Source of the DNA: Nitrosopumilus sp.
GTDB taxonomy: Archaea; Thermoproteota; Nitrososphaeria; Nitrososphaerales; Nitrosopumilaceae
Direction of reading: 5' to 3'
Length of the DNA stretch: 64,000 nucleotides
Assembly: GCA_965223425.1 (NCBI GenBank)
Contig: OZ245003.1
Coordinates: 2,080,001-2,144,000, forward strand
Positions 10,344 to 20,880 of this stretch are shown in pieces. The notes under the pieces were generated by a model, which was given only the letters and a program-made list of their open reading frames with translations, was not told the origin of the DNA and did not search any database. Each line of letters begins with the position of its first letter. Within the stretch, counting starts at the first letter, position 1. Position numbers and translations under genes: made by a program.

Positions 10344-10733
10344 TTACAGGTAGACTTTTTTGTGATTCAGCTTCCTGTCTAGTTTTTCAATCGCTTCATC
10401 TAGTGCGCCAATATTTATTTCAAGGAAATTTGACAGGTGGAAAATTGCACCATATTTTTCTCCAATTTTTGAAACCATATTATTTCTCCCCAATACTTTC
10501 AGGTGATGTTGAACGGCTTTGTAATCAAGACCAAGCTCCTTTGCCAATTGATGGGTATTGTACGGTTGATCAAGCAAGTGCATAATAATACGCAACCTGG
10601 TGAATCCACCTCTGGTACTTGTAAACAAGTACAACAGCAATTTTCTTGTCTGCTTGTCTGGTTTTCTTTGTTCTGAAACTTGCCTTGATCTAATAATTTC
10701 CTTGAATTCTAAGAGTTGGTTGGACATCTTCAA
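10344..10733 (-). CDS. ArsR-like winged-helix transcription regulator
   Basis: TRGGFTRLRII...HQLAKELGLDYKAVQHHLKVL. Confidence 0.85.
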   Translation of the reverse strand: MKMSNQLLEFKEIIRSRQVSEQRKPDKQTRKLLLYLFTSTRGGFTRLRIIMHLLDQPYNTHQLAKELGLDYKAVQHHLKVLGRNNMVSKIGEKYGAIFHLSNFLEINIGALDEAIEKLDRKLNHKKVYL

Positions 10734-10835
10734 CAGTAAAAAAGCTGATTTTGCTTAAAACTCTATTTCCAGATCATGCCCATATTCAGGCAAGACAATT
10801 ACCCTTAAATTGACTTGGTACAGACTCGTGATATC

Positions 10836-11561
10836 ATGATGGCATCACGCGGTTACGATATGACTCCTACCATGTATTCTCCAGATGGCAGAATATACCA
10901 AGTAGAATATGCCATGGAGACTGTAAAAAGAGGAACCATAGCAATAGGCATTTGCACCAAACAAGGAGTCATTATGGCAGTAGAAGAAAAACCTCGAACA
11001 CTACAAACAACAAGCGTAACACAGAAAATTTTCCAAGTGGATTACCACATTGGAGTTGCCGCAGCAGGGTATATCCCGGATGCACGCGTTCAAGTAGATA
11101 GTGCAAGATTCTTTTCACAAGGAACTAAAATGACATATGATGAATCAGTTGAAGTTTCAACAGTTGCCAAACACTTGGCAGATCAATCTCATCAGTTTAC
11201 TCAATATTCAGGGGTACGTCCAAACGGAGTTTCCTTGATAATTGCAGGAATTGATCAAAAAGGAGAATCAATCTATGTGACAGATCCAAGTGGAACTTAT
11301 GTTCAATATGCAGCTGTTGCAATTGGAGCAAGCTCTGAGGATGTAAATGCATTTTTGGAAAAACATTACAATGCAGATATGAGCTTGGAGGATGCAGCGG
11401 CATTAGCTATTGCATCTATCAATCTAAAAGCTGAAGAAAAAAACGGAGTCAGCAATGTCAAAATGGCAAAAATTACAGCTGAAGAAAAGGTTTTCGAGAA
11501 AGTTTCTGAATCTGATTTACAGAATTATTCTCAGAACACATCAAAGTTTGCTACAGTATAG
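10836..11561 (+). CDS. psmA: Proteasome alpha subunit
   Basis: YDMTPTMYSPDGRIYQVEYA signature. Confidence 0.96.
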   Translation: MMASRGYDMTPTMYSPDGRIYQVEYAMETVKRGTIAIGICTKQGVIMAVEEKPRTLQTTSVTQKIFQVDYHIGVAAAGYIPDARVQVDSARFFSQGTKMTYDESVEVSTVAKHLADQSHQFTQYSGVRPNGVSLIIAGIDQKGESIYVTDPSGTYVQYAAVAIGASSEDVNAFLEKHYNADMSLEDAAALAIASINLKAEEKNGVSNVKMAKITAEEKVFEKVSESDLQNYSQNTSKFATV

Positions 11562-11613
11562 AAGTTTTTGATTTGAAAACTATTCAAACAGGTATATACA
11601 GAGACAATAGATT

Positions 11614-12306
11614 ATGAGTGGTTTAGGAAGTTATTGGGGCGAAGTAATGGAAGTACTTCGAGAGATTATTCCTGTTTATGACAAAGTAAATTCTATAATT
11701 TCACTAGGCAAAGATGTAGAGCATAGAAATCGTGGAATTTTGCAAAGAGTAGTTCCAGGAAATAAAATTCTAGATGCAGGTTCTGGTTTTGGCAACATGT
11801 CAAAGACTGCACTGAAATTAACTGATGGAAAAATTTCAGTTACGCTTTATGATCCTCTTGTGCCCATGCTAAAAAATACTAGCACATATTTTGAAAAATC
11901 CCCAGATATGGCAAACGGAGTTTTTGAACACATTCCATTTAGAGATGAAGAGTTTGATGCAGTTTTGTGTGGATATTCATTAAGAGACGCAATCAATTTG
12001 AGAATTGCAATTTCTGAGATTTACAGAGTGTTGAAAAAGGAAGGCAGATTTGTTATTGTTGATTTAGGAAAACCGGATAATGCATTCAGCAGGGCAGGGG
12101 TTTCATTTTATCTAAGATGTATACTTCCAATTCTTGCATTTATTGCTGGAGGAAGATTAGGATTAAAGTTTGGAACTTTGTACGGTACATTCAAAAGATG
12201 GCCTCAAAACAAAAGACTAGAAGCATTACTATTAGAAAAATTTTCCAGAGTAGAATTTGAGAAAGATCTTATGGGTGGGGCAATAATGGTTGCCGCATAC
12301 AAATGA
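11614..12306 (+). CDS. UbiE/MenG-like class I SAM methyltransferase
   Basis: YDKVNSIISLG, ILDAGSGFG, YRVLKKEG. Confidence 0.85.
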   Translation: MSGLGSYWGEVMEVLREIIPVYDKVNSIISLGKDVEHRNRGILQRVVPGNKILDAGSGFGNMSKTALKLTDGKISVTLYDPLVPMLKNTSTYFEKSPDMANGVFEHIPFRDEEFDAVLCGYSLRDAINLRIAISEIYRVLKKEGRFVIVDLGKPDNAFSRAGVSFYLRCILPILAFIAGGRLGLKFGTLYGTFKRWPQNKRLEALLLEKFSRVEFEKDLMGGAIMVAAYK

Positions 12307-12470
12307 ATAGAATTCTGATACTAGTCAACATTACTGATTTAGTCATTGGAATTTCATATGGATTGCATGCATCAATCAAGCCAGCATCAGAATGGAGAAC
12401 AAAACGAATACCACCAATTGCAAACTTGCCGCTTACTGCTGCATACGCAATGGGTTCTCCTGATTTTTAA
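12303..12470 (+). pseudogene. 5' stub of a membrane protein (MFS-like first helix), truncated at the island border
   Basis: ATG overlaps the methyltransferase stop; MNRILILVNITDLVIGISYGLH followed by unrelated sequence. Confidence 0.45.
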
Positions 12471-12629
12471 TTAGGATACGAGCATCCCTGTCAAACTCGG
12501 CAATTGCTATCCAGTCACCCGTCCATTGATGCCAAGAAAACATCACCCAAAAGTCATGTAGATTCAATCGACCTTGTAGATGACCACACATGGATAAAGG
12601 CCAAATGGCAGATACGTGGAACAAACATG

Positions 12630-13993
12630 TCAGTAGTTCCCAGATGTAGATTTGTGCCCAGATGTATGCTTGTGCCCAGATACTGATGCGTTACCGCATA
12701 TTGCAATGCAAAGATCCAGATTAGGTTACGGTGTGCAAGACGTCATGAGCATCCAAACACACGACGATCTGATCGCACACCAGTACGACATAGCATCAAA
12801 CCGGTTTAAAATCCTGCGCTCGTCGTTTCAAAAGCTTGGCATGCCAATGTCTGAGAGGCACAACGCCGTATACGGATGCGGCGACATACTGGACGTGCCA
12901 ATCAGGGCGTCTGAGAGAAACACGTTTGTAGAATCCCCTGTACGGCGCAACAGGCTTCAAGACACGGGCGCACGTACGCCTGACGCAGACCTGGTCATGT
13001 CTGCAGTCCGTGGCGTCGAACCGGCAGACGTGCAGGACTGGTGTGCAAAGACATTGGCACGCACGGTACGGCACGCCGGCCGTGCAGGAATGCTGCAGGA
13101 CATCGACGCCATTGCAATAGACGTTACGGACACGCCATACCATGGGGAGCAGCTGCAGGAGCATACAAGAAAGTCGCGTCCAAAGGCAGGAACATCCACG
13201 TTTCTCTCGTATGTCGCAGTACACGGAGTCGGCAGGGACTCTTCGCAGGTTGTCCCAGAGTCGAAGCTGCTGCCGGCAAAGGAGAAACTGGCCGATTTTA
13301 TCGCCAAAACACGCACAAAAATCCTCAGAGGAGGCGCATATTCAAAGACTGTGTTCCTGTACGGCCGCGCCTTTTACAACGTTGACTGCATGACAGAGGC
13401 AGGAAAGGGCGGGTGCCGCTACATCATGCCCGTCATCATGAACTCCAAGATCAAGAGGACAGTCAAGATGTACAAGGACGGAAAGGCAAGCCAGGTATCG
13501 CAGCAGTCAATGACTGACAAGGACGGCGTAACTGACCTACAACCTTGTAATTGTCAAAAGAGACAGGAAGAAGAAGGAGAAGAAAAAAGAGGAGGAAGAG
13601 GAGCAATACATTGCGTTTGCAACAAACATTCCCATCAGGAGTGCCACAGAGCCATGACAGACATCATACCGGAGCAGTACCGCAAGATGGGGCATCGAGA
13701 CGGGGTTTCGCGTCATAAAGAAAATCATGGGCAGGACATGCAGCAACTCCCTGTCTGTGAGGCTGCTGATGTTTTATCTGCCGCCGCTGCTGCTGTACAA
13801 CCTGTGGAGGGTTGCCAGGTTCTGCCTTGATGCAGGAAAGATGTATGGAAGAGTGTCTTCTGCGGGGAAAAACTTACCATGGCGTTGTTTATCGTGTACA
13901 TTACAGGCAGGAACGAGCTGTTTGTCAATGATCGAGGCAAGTAGAACCGATGCCAGTTGCGGTTGCGGTAAATCTACATCTGGGAACTACTGA
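12630..13993 (+). mobile_element. ISH3/IS4-like element with frameshifted DDE transposase (about 12652-13930)
   Basis: Perfect 24-bp terminal IR TCAGTAGTTCCCAGATGTAGATTT, flanked by CATG on both sides; IAIDVTDTPYHG and Y-R-x-W-G-I-E-T-G-F-like motifs split over frames. Confidence 0.8.
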
Positions 13994-14268
13994 CATGCCG
14001 TTTCTGCTCATGTACAAAAGAAGCATGGCAGCATCTGCTGAATCATACAGGCCGTTGTATCTGTCTGAGAACCTCATGCCTGTCCTCTTTAATGCGGCTT
14101 GCAAGAAGTTAAATCCGTGCCGTCCATACTCTTTTTGGAGTGCCCCGTTTTGTTGTTTGTAATTCATTGACAGGGCTGGTACTCCTTGCTTTTAGATCAG
14201 AGTGTTGGCAAAATCAGAAGTTATGGGTAATTGTCTTCCAAGACAGGCACACAATCGGAACTACTGAT
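13994..14268 (-). mobile_element. 5' end of a second, related ISH3-like element interrupted by the first
   Basis: End sequence TCAGTAGTTCC on minus strand at about 14258-14268; ORF from 14167 (FNFLQAALKRTGMRFSDRYNGLY) resembles the neighbour's N-terminus (FKILRSSFQKLGMPMSERHNAVY). Confidence 0.6.
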
Positions 14269-14276
14269 AATGCAAC

Positions 14277-14329
14277 CCTAGCGTTACACTTTACCTGCCT
14301 AGCGTTACACTTTACCTGCCTAGCGTTAC
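14277..14329. repeat. 21-bp tandem repeat, about 2.5 copies (CCTAGCGTTACACTTTACCTG)
   Basis: Directly visible. Confidence 0.85.
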
Positions 14330-14419
14330 AGTCAGGTAGAGTCGGGAGAAGCCACCTCATTTACATCAGTGTAGAAAATTAAAAAGTTATTTTTATGATG
14401 ATTTTTAACTAAGAATAGT

Positions 14420-15904
14420 TTGAAATACGTAGGATTTTTTGTAATGATTTTAGTTTTACTGATTGGTTTGCACGCCAACAGCCTAACATATGCAGAAATA
14501 TCATGTGATGATCATGGAGCAGATTTGTATCCTTACCAATCAATCACACCACTTGATTATTCAATTACAAATGGCAAATTTGTTAGCTTATGTGCAAATC
14601 CTGATTATCTATATTATACCATCAATCTTGATACAACAGCAGCAGGAAGTCTAATTATTGAGATACCAAAAGAATCACTTGACTTGAAACAATTTGATTA
14701 TGAATCATGTTTTCCTAACGATTTGAGCACGAATATTGATTTTGATAGAACCACAACAGTAACACAAATTGCACAAACTGACATTTCACGCACTTTGGAA
14801 TTTACTTGGAACGAACCAATAATTCACATAGTATATTTTGGAACATATGCAATTATTGATGGAGTTGATTATTCAGAGCCTAACTATTGTATTGGTTTAG
14901 TTGAGAGTGGAGAGAAAAGTGAAGTAATTGAAAAGGCTACTGATTGGAGAGAAGATAATTATTGTCCAGAAGAACTGAATTATGATTATGAAATTACTAA
15001 TGGCAAAGTTAAAAAAATTTGCTATATTGAAGGCATTTATGAAATTGTTTATTATTTAGACAATGTAACATCACCAAGTATATTGACTATTGATATGCCA
15101 TACACGCATTTTCCAAGAATAACTAAGGATAATTTTTATGATTTTATCATAATGATTGATGGTGAAGAACATAGTTATTTGTCAGAAAATTTACAAAATG
15201 AAAATTCTGACTATCAAACTTATGAAATTAAATTACCAATTAACAGTGAAATTTTAGAAATTATAGGTTTTGTATATACATCTGCTGGTTTAGTTGAGAG
15301 TGAAGAGAAAAGTGCCGAAATTAAAAAAAATACTTGGCAGAATTATGATGATGATTGTATTCCAGAAATAATAACTGATTATACTCTAAATTATGGTAAA
15401 TTAGCAAGAATATGTGAACCAACTAATCAATCTATAATGATAATCACATCAGATATTATTTTTAACAGTATTCTCACTATTGATATTCCATATACTAAAT
15501 TACCTTTAATGACAACCGAGAATTATAAAGATTTTATATTGCTATTTGATGGGATACAAACTGATAATTTTAAAGTAATATATCAATACCCAGAATATCA
15601 AACTTTTGAGATAGACTTGATTTCTGATGTTATTTCCATTGAATTATTTTACAATATGAGTAGATTTTTGGTAGAACATAATTCTAATGAAATAGATCAT
15701 GAATACAATCTAACTACACCATTATTAGATATTGAAAAACCAAAAACAGAATTCAAGATTAAAATTGAAAAACCATCCTGCAAATCTAATCTTGTAGAAA
15801 TTATGAAGCCTGATAGTAGTAAATATGTATGTATAAAACCAACTACTGCAGAGAAATTAATCTTACGTGGTTGGATTAATCCATTAGACTTTATGCACAA
15901 TTGA
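14420..15904 (+). CDS. Secreted/surface protein with three Cys-containing repeats and thaumarchaeal C-terminal C...C...KL..RGW motif
   Basis: Signal peptide; three YxITNGK..xC...LTIDxP units; CKSNLVEIMKPDSSKYVCIKPTTAEKLILRGW tail; very AT-rich. Confidence 0.75.
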   Translation: MKYVGFFVMILVLLIGLHANSLTYAEISCDDHGADLYPYQSITPLDYSITNGKFVSLCANPDYLYYTINLDTTAAGSLIIEIPKESLDLKQFDYESCFPNDLSTNIDFDRTTTVTQIAQTDISRTLEFTWNEPIIHIVYFGTYAIIDGVDYSEPNYCIGLVESGEKSEVIEKATDWREDNYCPEELNYDYEITNGKVKKICYIEGIYEIVYYLDNVTSPSILTIDMPYTHFPRITKDNFYDFIIMIDGEEHSYLSENLQNENSDYQTYEIKLPINSEILEIIGFVYTSAGLVESEEKSAEIKKNTWQNYDDDCIPEIITDYTLNYGKLARICEPTNQSIMIITSDIIFNSILTIDIPYTKLPLMTTENYKDFILLFDGIQTDNFKVIYQYPEYQTFEIDLISDVISIELFYNMSRFLVEHNSNEIDHEYNLTTPLLDIEKPKTEFKIKIEKPSCKSNLVEIMKPDSSKYVCIKPTTAEKLILRGWINPLDFMHN

Positions 15905-15958
15905 ATCGTCAAAATTTTTCCGAAAGATTTAGATCCATTTTGATCGCCGCAACAGGTA

Positions 15959-16572
15959 ATGGAATCTCCAGAACAGACTATACGCAGGCTGCAAAAAGAG
16001 CTCAAGCAAAAGGACACAGCAATCAGCAAGCGCGAGAAGACAATTGGCCTGCTGCGCGAGCAGCTGTTGCGCGAGGACAGCCTTGTGGAACGTGACAGGA
16101 GATGCGGACCGCCTCGAGACTGAGACGGCACTGCTTCACAGCAGGGAGGCAATCCATACCATACTGCACAACGACGCAAAGCTTGCAGGCATTACGTCAT
16201 TTGGAACAGACGGTGCTGTCCAAATTTTTCCCGGAAATTTCCAGAAAAGCTTATAGATCATGACGAAATCCTGCTGCAAGGCTTTTGGATCACGGGCTTG
16301 GCACCACGTCAATGTCAAAACGACGAAAAAAGGGCAGGAAAAACGGACAGCATGACGCCCACGTCCGAAGGTACAGGATCCAGATGTGCCGGAACTATTC
16401 AGCATACGAGAAGAAGTGGAGGGGCGAGGGCAACAAGATAGTGACGAGGATCAAAAAACTCAAAGAAATGATCCCCGCCGTCTTGGAGGGCGCCTCCAAG
16501 GACGAGACATCGGCACTATTGTGCGTGCTGGACATGGTGTTCCGTAACCACTCGTACAGGGTTCACGTCACG
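15959..16572 (+). pseudogene. GC-rich, frameshifted gene remnant, probably mobile-element derived, hit by IS630
   Basis: Coiled-coil start MESPEQTIRRLQKELKQKD, broken frames, composition like neighbouring IS; family not recognised. Confidence 0.35.
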
Positions 16573-17705
16573 TAGTGAATTGGATTAACAATCGCTCACA
16601 AAACAGACAACATTATTCAACCACAAGATCTAGATCCCAGTGTATGGCAGAATCCGCATGAAATACAACGATTCCATAGTAATACCGGCAGACAAAAGAT
16701 TCCTGTCCGGCGTCTCCAGTGTGCGCCTGCGCAGCATGCAAAAAAAGGAGACAGATCCCAGGGCCGCAGCAAGGCTGCTGGCATATGCCATGCGCAAGGA
16801 GGGCATGTCCATACGCCGGATATGCATGGCCCTCAACAGGTCATATTCCACAGTACGGGGCTGGCTTGTGCGCGCCGCACAGCTTGGCACCGACGGCAGA
16901 TACGACATCAAAAATGAAGGCGCGCCAAACAAGCTCGATCCGGAACAGATAGAACAGCTGCGCGCAGACCTGCTGGCAGGCCCGCGCAGTTGCGGCTTTG
17001 AGTCCGGAGTGTGGACGGCACCGCTGCTGGCCGCACACATCAGAAAAAAGTTCGGCGTGCAGTATGCCACTGTCAGCATATATGACATACTGCACAGGAT
17101 GGGCTTTTCGTGCAGAAAGCCGCGTCCAAAGCACCCAAGTCAGCCTCAGAATCAGAGAAAAAAAAGTTTAAAAAAAAGCAGGGGAGGTAATCCGGAGCCA
17201 TCCAGACCATACGGTGATTACAGTTGATGAGGCCTCCTTTATCATTGGGTGGAATACCAAGAACGGGTGGTACCCCAAGGGCAGGCCCGTCACCACTCCA
17301 GTCAGCCTGTCGCGCAAAAGGTTCTACTCGTTTGGGGCGCTGTACGACGGCGGCTTTGACTGCAGGTTCTATGCCAAGGCCAACAGCTACAGCTTTGTGG
17401 ACATGCTCGGACACCTGCATCTCAAGCACGGCAAGATCATCGTCTTTCTTGATAACGCATCGTACCACAAGTCAAAGATGGTCAATGATTTTGTCGACTC
17501 GTATGACGGCGACATAGTCCTTGTTTACTTGCCCGTGTACACCCCGGAGCTGAATACCACGGAGGGGCAGTGGAGGCTGTTAAGAAGGGCCACTGCAAAC
17601 GTGATGTATGAAAGTACAAAGGTGATGAAGGAATCCATATGGACAATGCTGGATAGACGTGAGGTCAGGATAACAAGGATGAGCGGTTATTTATCCTAGT
17701 CACTA
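16573..17705 (+). mobile_element. IS630-family element, copy 1 (transposase frameshifted: 16640-17227 and 17214-17699)
   Basis: Imperfect IR TAGTGAATTGGATTAACAATCGCTCA / TAGTGACTAGGATAAATAACCGCTCA; VDEASF, LDNASYHKS, YTPELNTTE; near-identical to 54104-55235. Confidence 0.93.
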
Positions 17706-18102
17706 CGCCAGACACAGGAATCTTCGCCAAGCAGGTGGAGATCGGACTGTTCGTGATTGGTGGTTCATTGCTACTCCCACAGTTGATTGGCAACCAATCC
17801 ATCCGTGCCAGATACACGTGGTGGTACCTGATACCGATAGGTTTAGGGATACTGATTCTGGCATGAAAACTAATTTAACCGAGAAAAGACATGCCAAATA
17901 TATGAAACCTGATGATGATTCTGACATACTGGAGCTTTACGGGTGCGATGACAATCCGCTCTCCTACATGATAGAGCCAAAGGGTTCAGTCAGAATAACA
18001 AGCAAGGACGACAAGACCACAAAAGAGGATTTGGAGAACATATTATAAAAACCGAGAATCAAACGTTTTGTAAATTTTTGTAGCCAAAAAGCGTTCTGTA
18101 GC

Positions 18103-18390
18103 TCATATTCCTCGGAATGTAAGGTCATCCTCGGCATCCCTGTACATTGACAGCATTTCGTCAACAGTGTACTGGTTGTACTGCTTCATGTAAAAGTCAT
18201 GTCCGGCCAAGATATGCCCCAACCCGAACTGTATCTTGTTTGTCTTGGTTATGAAGTACGAGCGCAGGCCATGGACGTGAACCTTGTACCTGTTTTGCTT
18301 GCAGTGATCATAGTTTGTTGCATAACTTGGATCCTAGGCACGAAACTTGCCCAACTTTTGACTGGCTTAGGCGTGTTATGCAACAAACTA
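18103..18390 (-). pseudogene. C-terminal fragment of a tyrosine recombinase/integrase
   Basis: Manual translation (not in ORF track): RYKVHVHGLRSYFITKTNKIQFGLGHILAGHDFYMKQYNQYTVDEMLSMYRDAEDDLTF, containing HxLR, LAGH and a candidate catalytic Tyr. Confidence 0.7.
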
Positions 18391-18533
18391 AAAGGCAAGC
18401 CAGGTATCGCAGCAGTCAATGACCAACAAAGACGGTGTAACTGTGACCTACAACCTTGTAATTGTCAAAAGAGACAAGAAGAAGAAGAAGAAAAAAGGGG
18501 AGGGGGGAGCAATACATTGCGTTTGCAACAAAC
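18391..18533 (+). repeat. ~140-bp internal fragment of the ISH3-like transposase (matches about 13482-13628)
   Basis: Shared AAAGGCAAGCCAGGTATCGCAGCAGTCAATGAC...GCAATACATTGCGTTTGCAACAAACA. Confidence 0.85.
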
Positions 18534-18632
18534 AGACCTTATGCATAATCGATCAAACTAATATTGCGAGATGATTTTTGCCTTAGTAAACCAATTTGAT
18601 TTTGAATTTTTAGTCGATTACGCATAAGGTCT
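18534..18632. mobile_element. 99-bp MITE-like element
   Basis: 19-bp terminal IR AGACCTTATGCATAATCGA / AGACCTTATGCGTAATCGA (1 mismatch) around a non-coding AT-rich core. Confidence 0.65.
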
Positions 18633-18765
18633 AATACGAAAAATATGCTCCTCGCATGACAAGGACGCATGTGAACCGCGGTGCCGGAATGCTGTTTTCA
18701 AGAATAGACAGGCCAGAAGACTGAAAGACTCTTAAAATCAAACATGGTACAAGAGGTTAGTTCAA

Positions 18766-19479
18766 TTGAAGATTAAGACAATCACAAACAAGCTGGACAA
18801 CTATCAAATCAAACTATCTACTAGTAATACAAAAAATCTTAACTTTATACTTGATGATTCTGGTGCAGGCTCTACATTGTTTGACAAACTCCATTCGTAT
18901 TTTTCCACAGGTCGCAACGATGTCTTGGATCTGGATCTGATTGAGAGAAAAAGATATGACATCAACCTTATGTTTGTAGAAGAATATCTGGATTACCATG
19001 ATCTTTTGGACTATTTTGTCACGATGGGATTTACAGATGAATTTTTGGAAATTTCTGAGAGTGCCAACCAGATATACACTAAAATGCTCTCCGAACACAA
19101 GACCGCAGGATGCGGCGGCTTTCTAAAACTGGAGAACAGCCAGATTATGGTTCCCAGATACCTCTCGGCACCAGAGGCAACACTGGCCTACTATGCACTG
19201 CTAATTGCAATAAGGAAAAGGTACAGAGTTGATCTGCCGTTGATAATTAACAGGTTTGGGCGCTGGGGTCTAAAGTATTGTCCGCTTGTAGTACGCACTC
19301 TTGCAGAGATTTCTCCCCAAACATTGATTTTTACAAGCGAGGGAAATTTTGGCGTATCCATGCATAACTATCGTACAGACAAAAAAATACCCTCGATACA
19401 TCAGACTATCAAAAATAAAACACTGGGTATGGCATATAGGTTGGACAAAGATGGAGTCTCAGAATACGTTCCGTTCTAG
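18766..19479 (+). CDS. Hypothetical protein resembling the C-terminal half of a DndD/SMC-like ATPase (degenerate motifs)
   Basis: LSAPEATLAYYALL (cf. LSAGE signature) and LPLIINRFGRW (cf. LPxxIDTPxGRLD Walker B/D-loop), then QTLIFTS. Confidence 0.45.
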   Translation: MKIKTITNKLDNYQIKLSTSNTKNLNFILDDSGAGSTLFDKLHSYFSTGRNDVLDLDLIERKRYDINLMFVEEYLDYHDLLDYFVTMGFTDEFLEISESANQIYTKMLSEHKTAGCGGFLKLENSQIMVPRYLSAPEATLAYYALLIAIRKRYRVDLPLIINRFGRWGLKYCPLVVRTLAEISPQTLIFTSEGNFGVSMHNYRTDKKIPSIHQTIKNKTLGMAYRLDKDGVSEYVPF

Positions 19480-19480
19480 G

Positions 19481-19790
19481 TCTCCGATATATCTTGATCA
19501 TCATGCAACAACTCCACGAGATCCACGTGCATTAGATGCAGTGATGCCGTCCTTACAGAAAAATTCGGTAATGCGTCAGGCATGGATCATCCTTTTGGAT
19601 ATGACGCATCAGGGGCAGTGGAATCTGCACGAGAAAAGATTACATGTGCAATCAATGCAAGACATGGTGGGATTGTTTTTACGTCAAGTGCCACAGAGTC
19701 AGACAGCATTGCGCTGATTGGGACGATGGAAAATGCAGGTATTGCGGGAATCATCCAACCACATGTGCCACAGAATAGTCAGCTCCTTGT
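19481..19790 (+). pseudogene. Cysteine desulfurase (IscS/DndA-like) 5' fragment, frameshifted and truncated
   Basis: IYLDHHATTP.DPR, then AVESAREKI...IVFTSSATESDSIAL in another frame. Confidence 0.85.
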
Positions 19791-19991
19791 TAAATCGGCC
19801 TATAGCCATTTTGAGCATGTTTTTTGGCCAAGGGATAGATCGCGCCGTACCGGAGAACCCATGAAAAGAAAAACCAACCCGGACAGGGGATCCAAGTTTC
19901 TGCCCGGCACAAGCATGCCCAGTGAAATTGAAAAATTATCAGGTTTGGCGATTTTAGTTGGAAAAAAATAGGGGAATAGCCCCAAGGGCTA

Positions 19992-20825
19992 TTAATTGTC
20001 ATCGACAGGTTTCTGGTCAGATTCGAACTCTTCTTCTAGAATCAGATATTGCTCTTCTAAAGGTGCCAACAGCCGTTCAAGTTCCATCTCTTGTTCTTCT
20101 GTTAATACCGGTTCTGCAATACCGAATTCTTGGAGAATTTTACTGTATTTTGAATCAAGTTCCTCCAGCTCTGCTTCTAGCTTCTGTTTCAGTTGGCCTG
20201 AAGGATCATTGAGAGTCATTTCTGCAGATATTTTTTCATACTGCTCATCAAGTGGAACAAGTCTTTGTGCAAGTTCGGCTTCTTGTTGCTCAGTTAGTTC
20301 CGGAGACGAGAATCCAAATTGCTCTAGAATTGCATGGTATTGCATGTCTAGTTCTTCAAATTTTGCTTCTAGTTCCGGCGGAATCCCATAGTGCTCAAAC
20401 CCGTCTGCTATCTCCCGGTATTGCTCATCTAATGAAGCAAGTTTGGCATCTAGCTGTCTTTCTTGCTCTCCGGTAAGCTCCGGCGTTACAAAGCCATACT
20501 TTTCAAAAATGGCGTCGTATTGAGCATCGAGTTTCTCATATTCTTGGTCCAGCTCCCAATACTTTTCATCTAATGAAGCAAGTTCTGCATCTAGCTGTCT
20601 TTCTTGCTCTCCGGTAAGCTCCGGCGTTACAAAGCCATACTTTTCAAGAATGGCGTCGTATTGAGCATCGAGTTTCTCATACAGTTTGTAAGTGCCAGGT
20701 TCTTCTGTTTCCTGTGCCTGTACTAGCTGTCCTGTTGCTACTGCAACTGCTACAAAAGCAAGCATTACGGCAAGGACAGGAAAGACAAATCGTTTGTTTT
20801 TGGAATATGTTGTGGTCATTTCCAA
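19992..20825 (-). CDS. Secreted acidic helical-repeat protein with four LTxxQ-like modules
   Basis: Signal peptide (KNKR + hydrophobic stretch + VQA); four units LDxQYxxILxxYGFxxPELTxEQExELxxxLxxLDEQY. Confidence 0.85.
   Translation of the reverse strand: MEMTTTYSKNKRFVFPVLAVMLAFVAVAVATGQLVQAQETEEPGTYKLYEKLDAQYDAILEKYGFVTPELTGEQERQLDAELASLDEKYWELDQEYEKLDAQYDAIFEKYGFVTPELTGEQERQLDAKLASLDEQYREIADGFEHYGIPPELEAKFEELDMQYHAILEQFGFSSPELTEQQEAELAQRLVPLDEQYEKISAEMTLNDPSGQLKQKLEAELEELDSKYSKILQEFGIAEPVLTEEQEMELERLLAPLEEQYLILEEEFESDQKPVDDN
20426..20681. repeat. Recent intragenic duplication, 141-bp period (modules 1 and 2)
   Basis: ~115-bp blocks at about 20426-20540 and 20567-20681 differ by only a few bases. 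Confidence 0.9.
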
Positions 20826-20841
20826 AGTCTCTTAGATTAGG

Positions 20842-20880
20842 TTTTATATGGCCTTGCCAATCCTGTTGCGGTATGGCAAT
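20842..20880 (-). promoter_or_regulatory. TATA-like box plus palindromic operator TTGC-GGTATG-GCAA upstream of the secreted repeat protein
   Basis: Minus-strand ATATAAAA at 20842-20849; 20-mer at 20861-20880 matches 24284-24303 at 18/20. Confidence 0.6.

Noticed and set aside
14277-14329. 21-bp tandem repeat as a functional site
   Set aside because: Simple slippage duplication next to an IS end; no further support
17130-17230. Programmed frameshift in IS630 copy 1
   Set aside because: Copy 2 is a single ORF; copy 1 has two separate 1-nt losses, better explained by decay or homopolymer sequencing error
20714-20872. N-terminal extension of the 338-aa ORF
   Set aside because: Overlaps the divergent gene and its promoter; ATG at 20873 is more plausible
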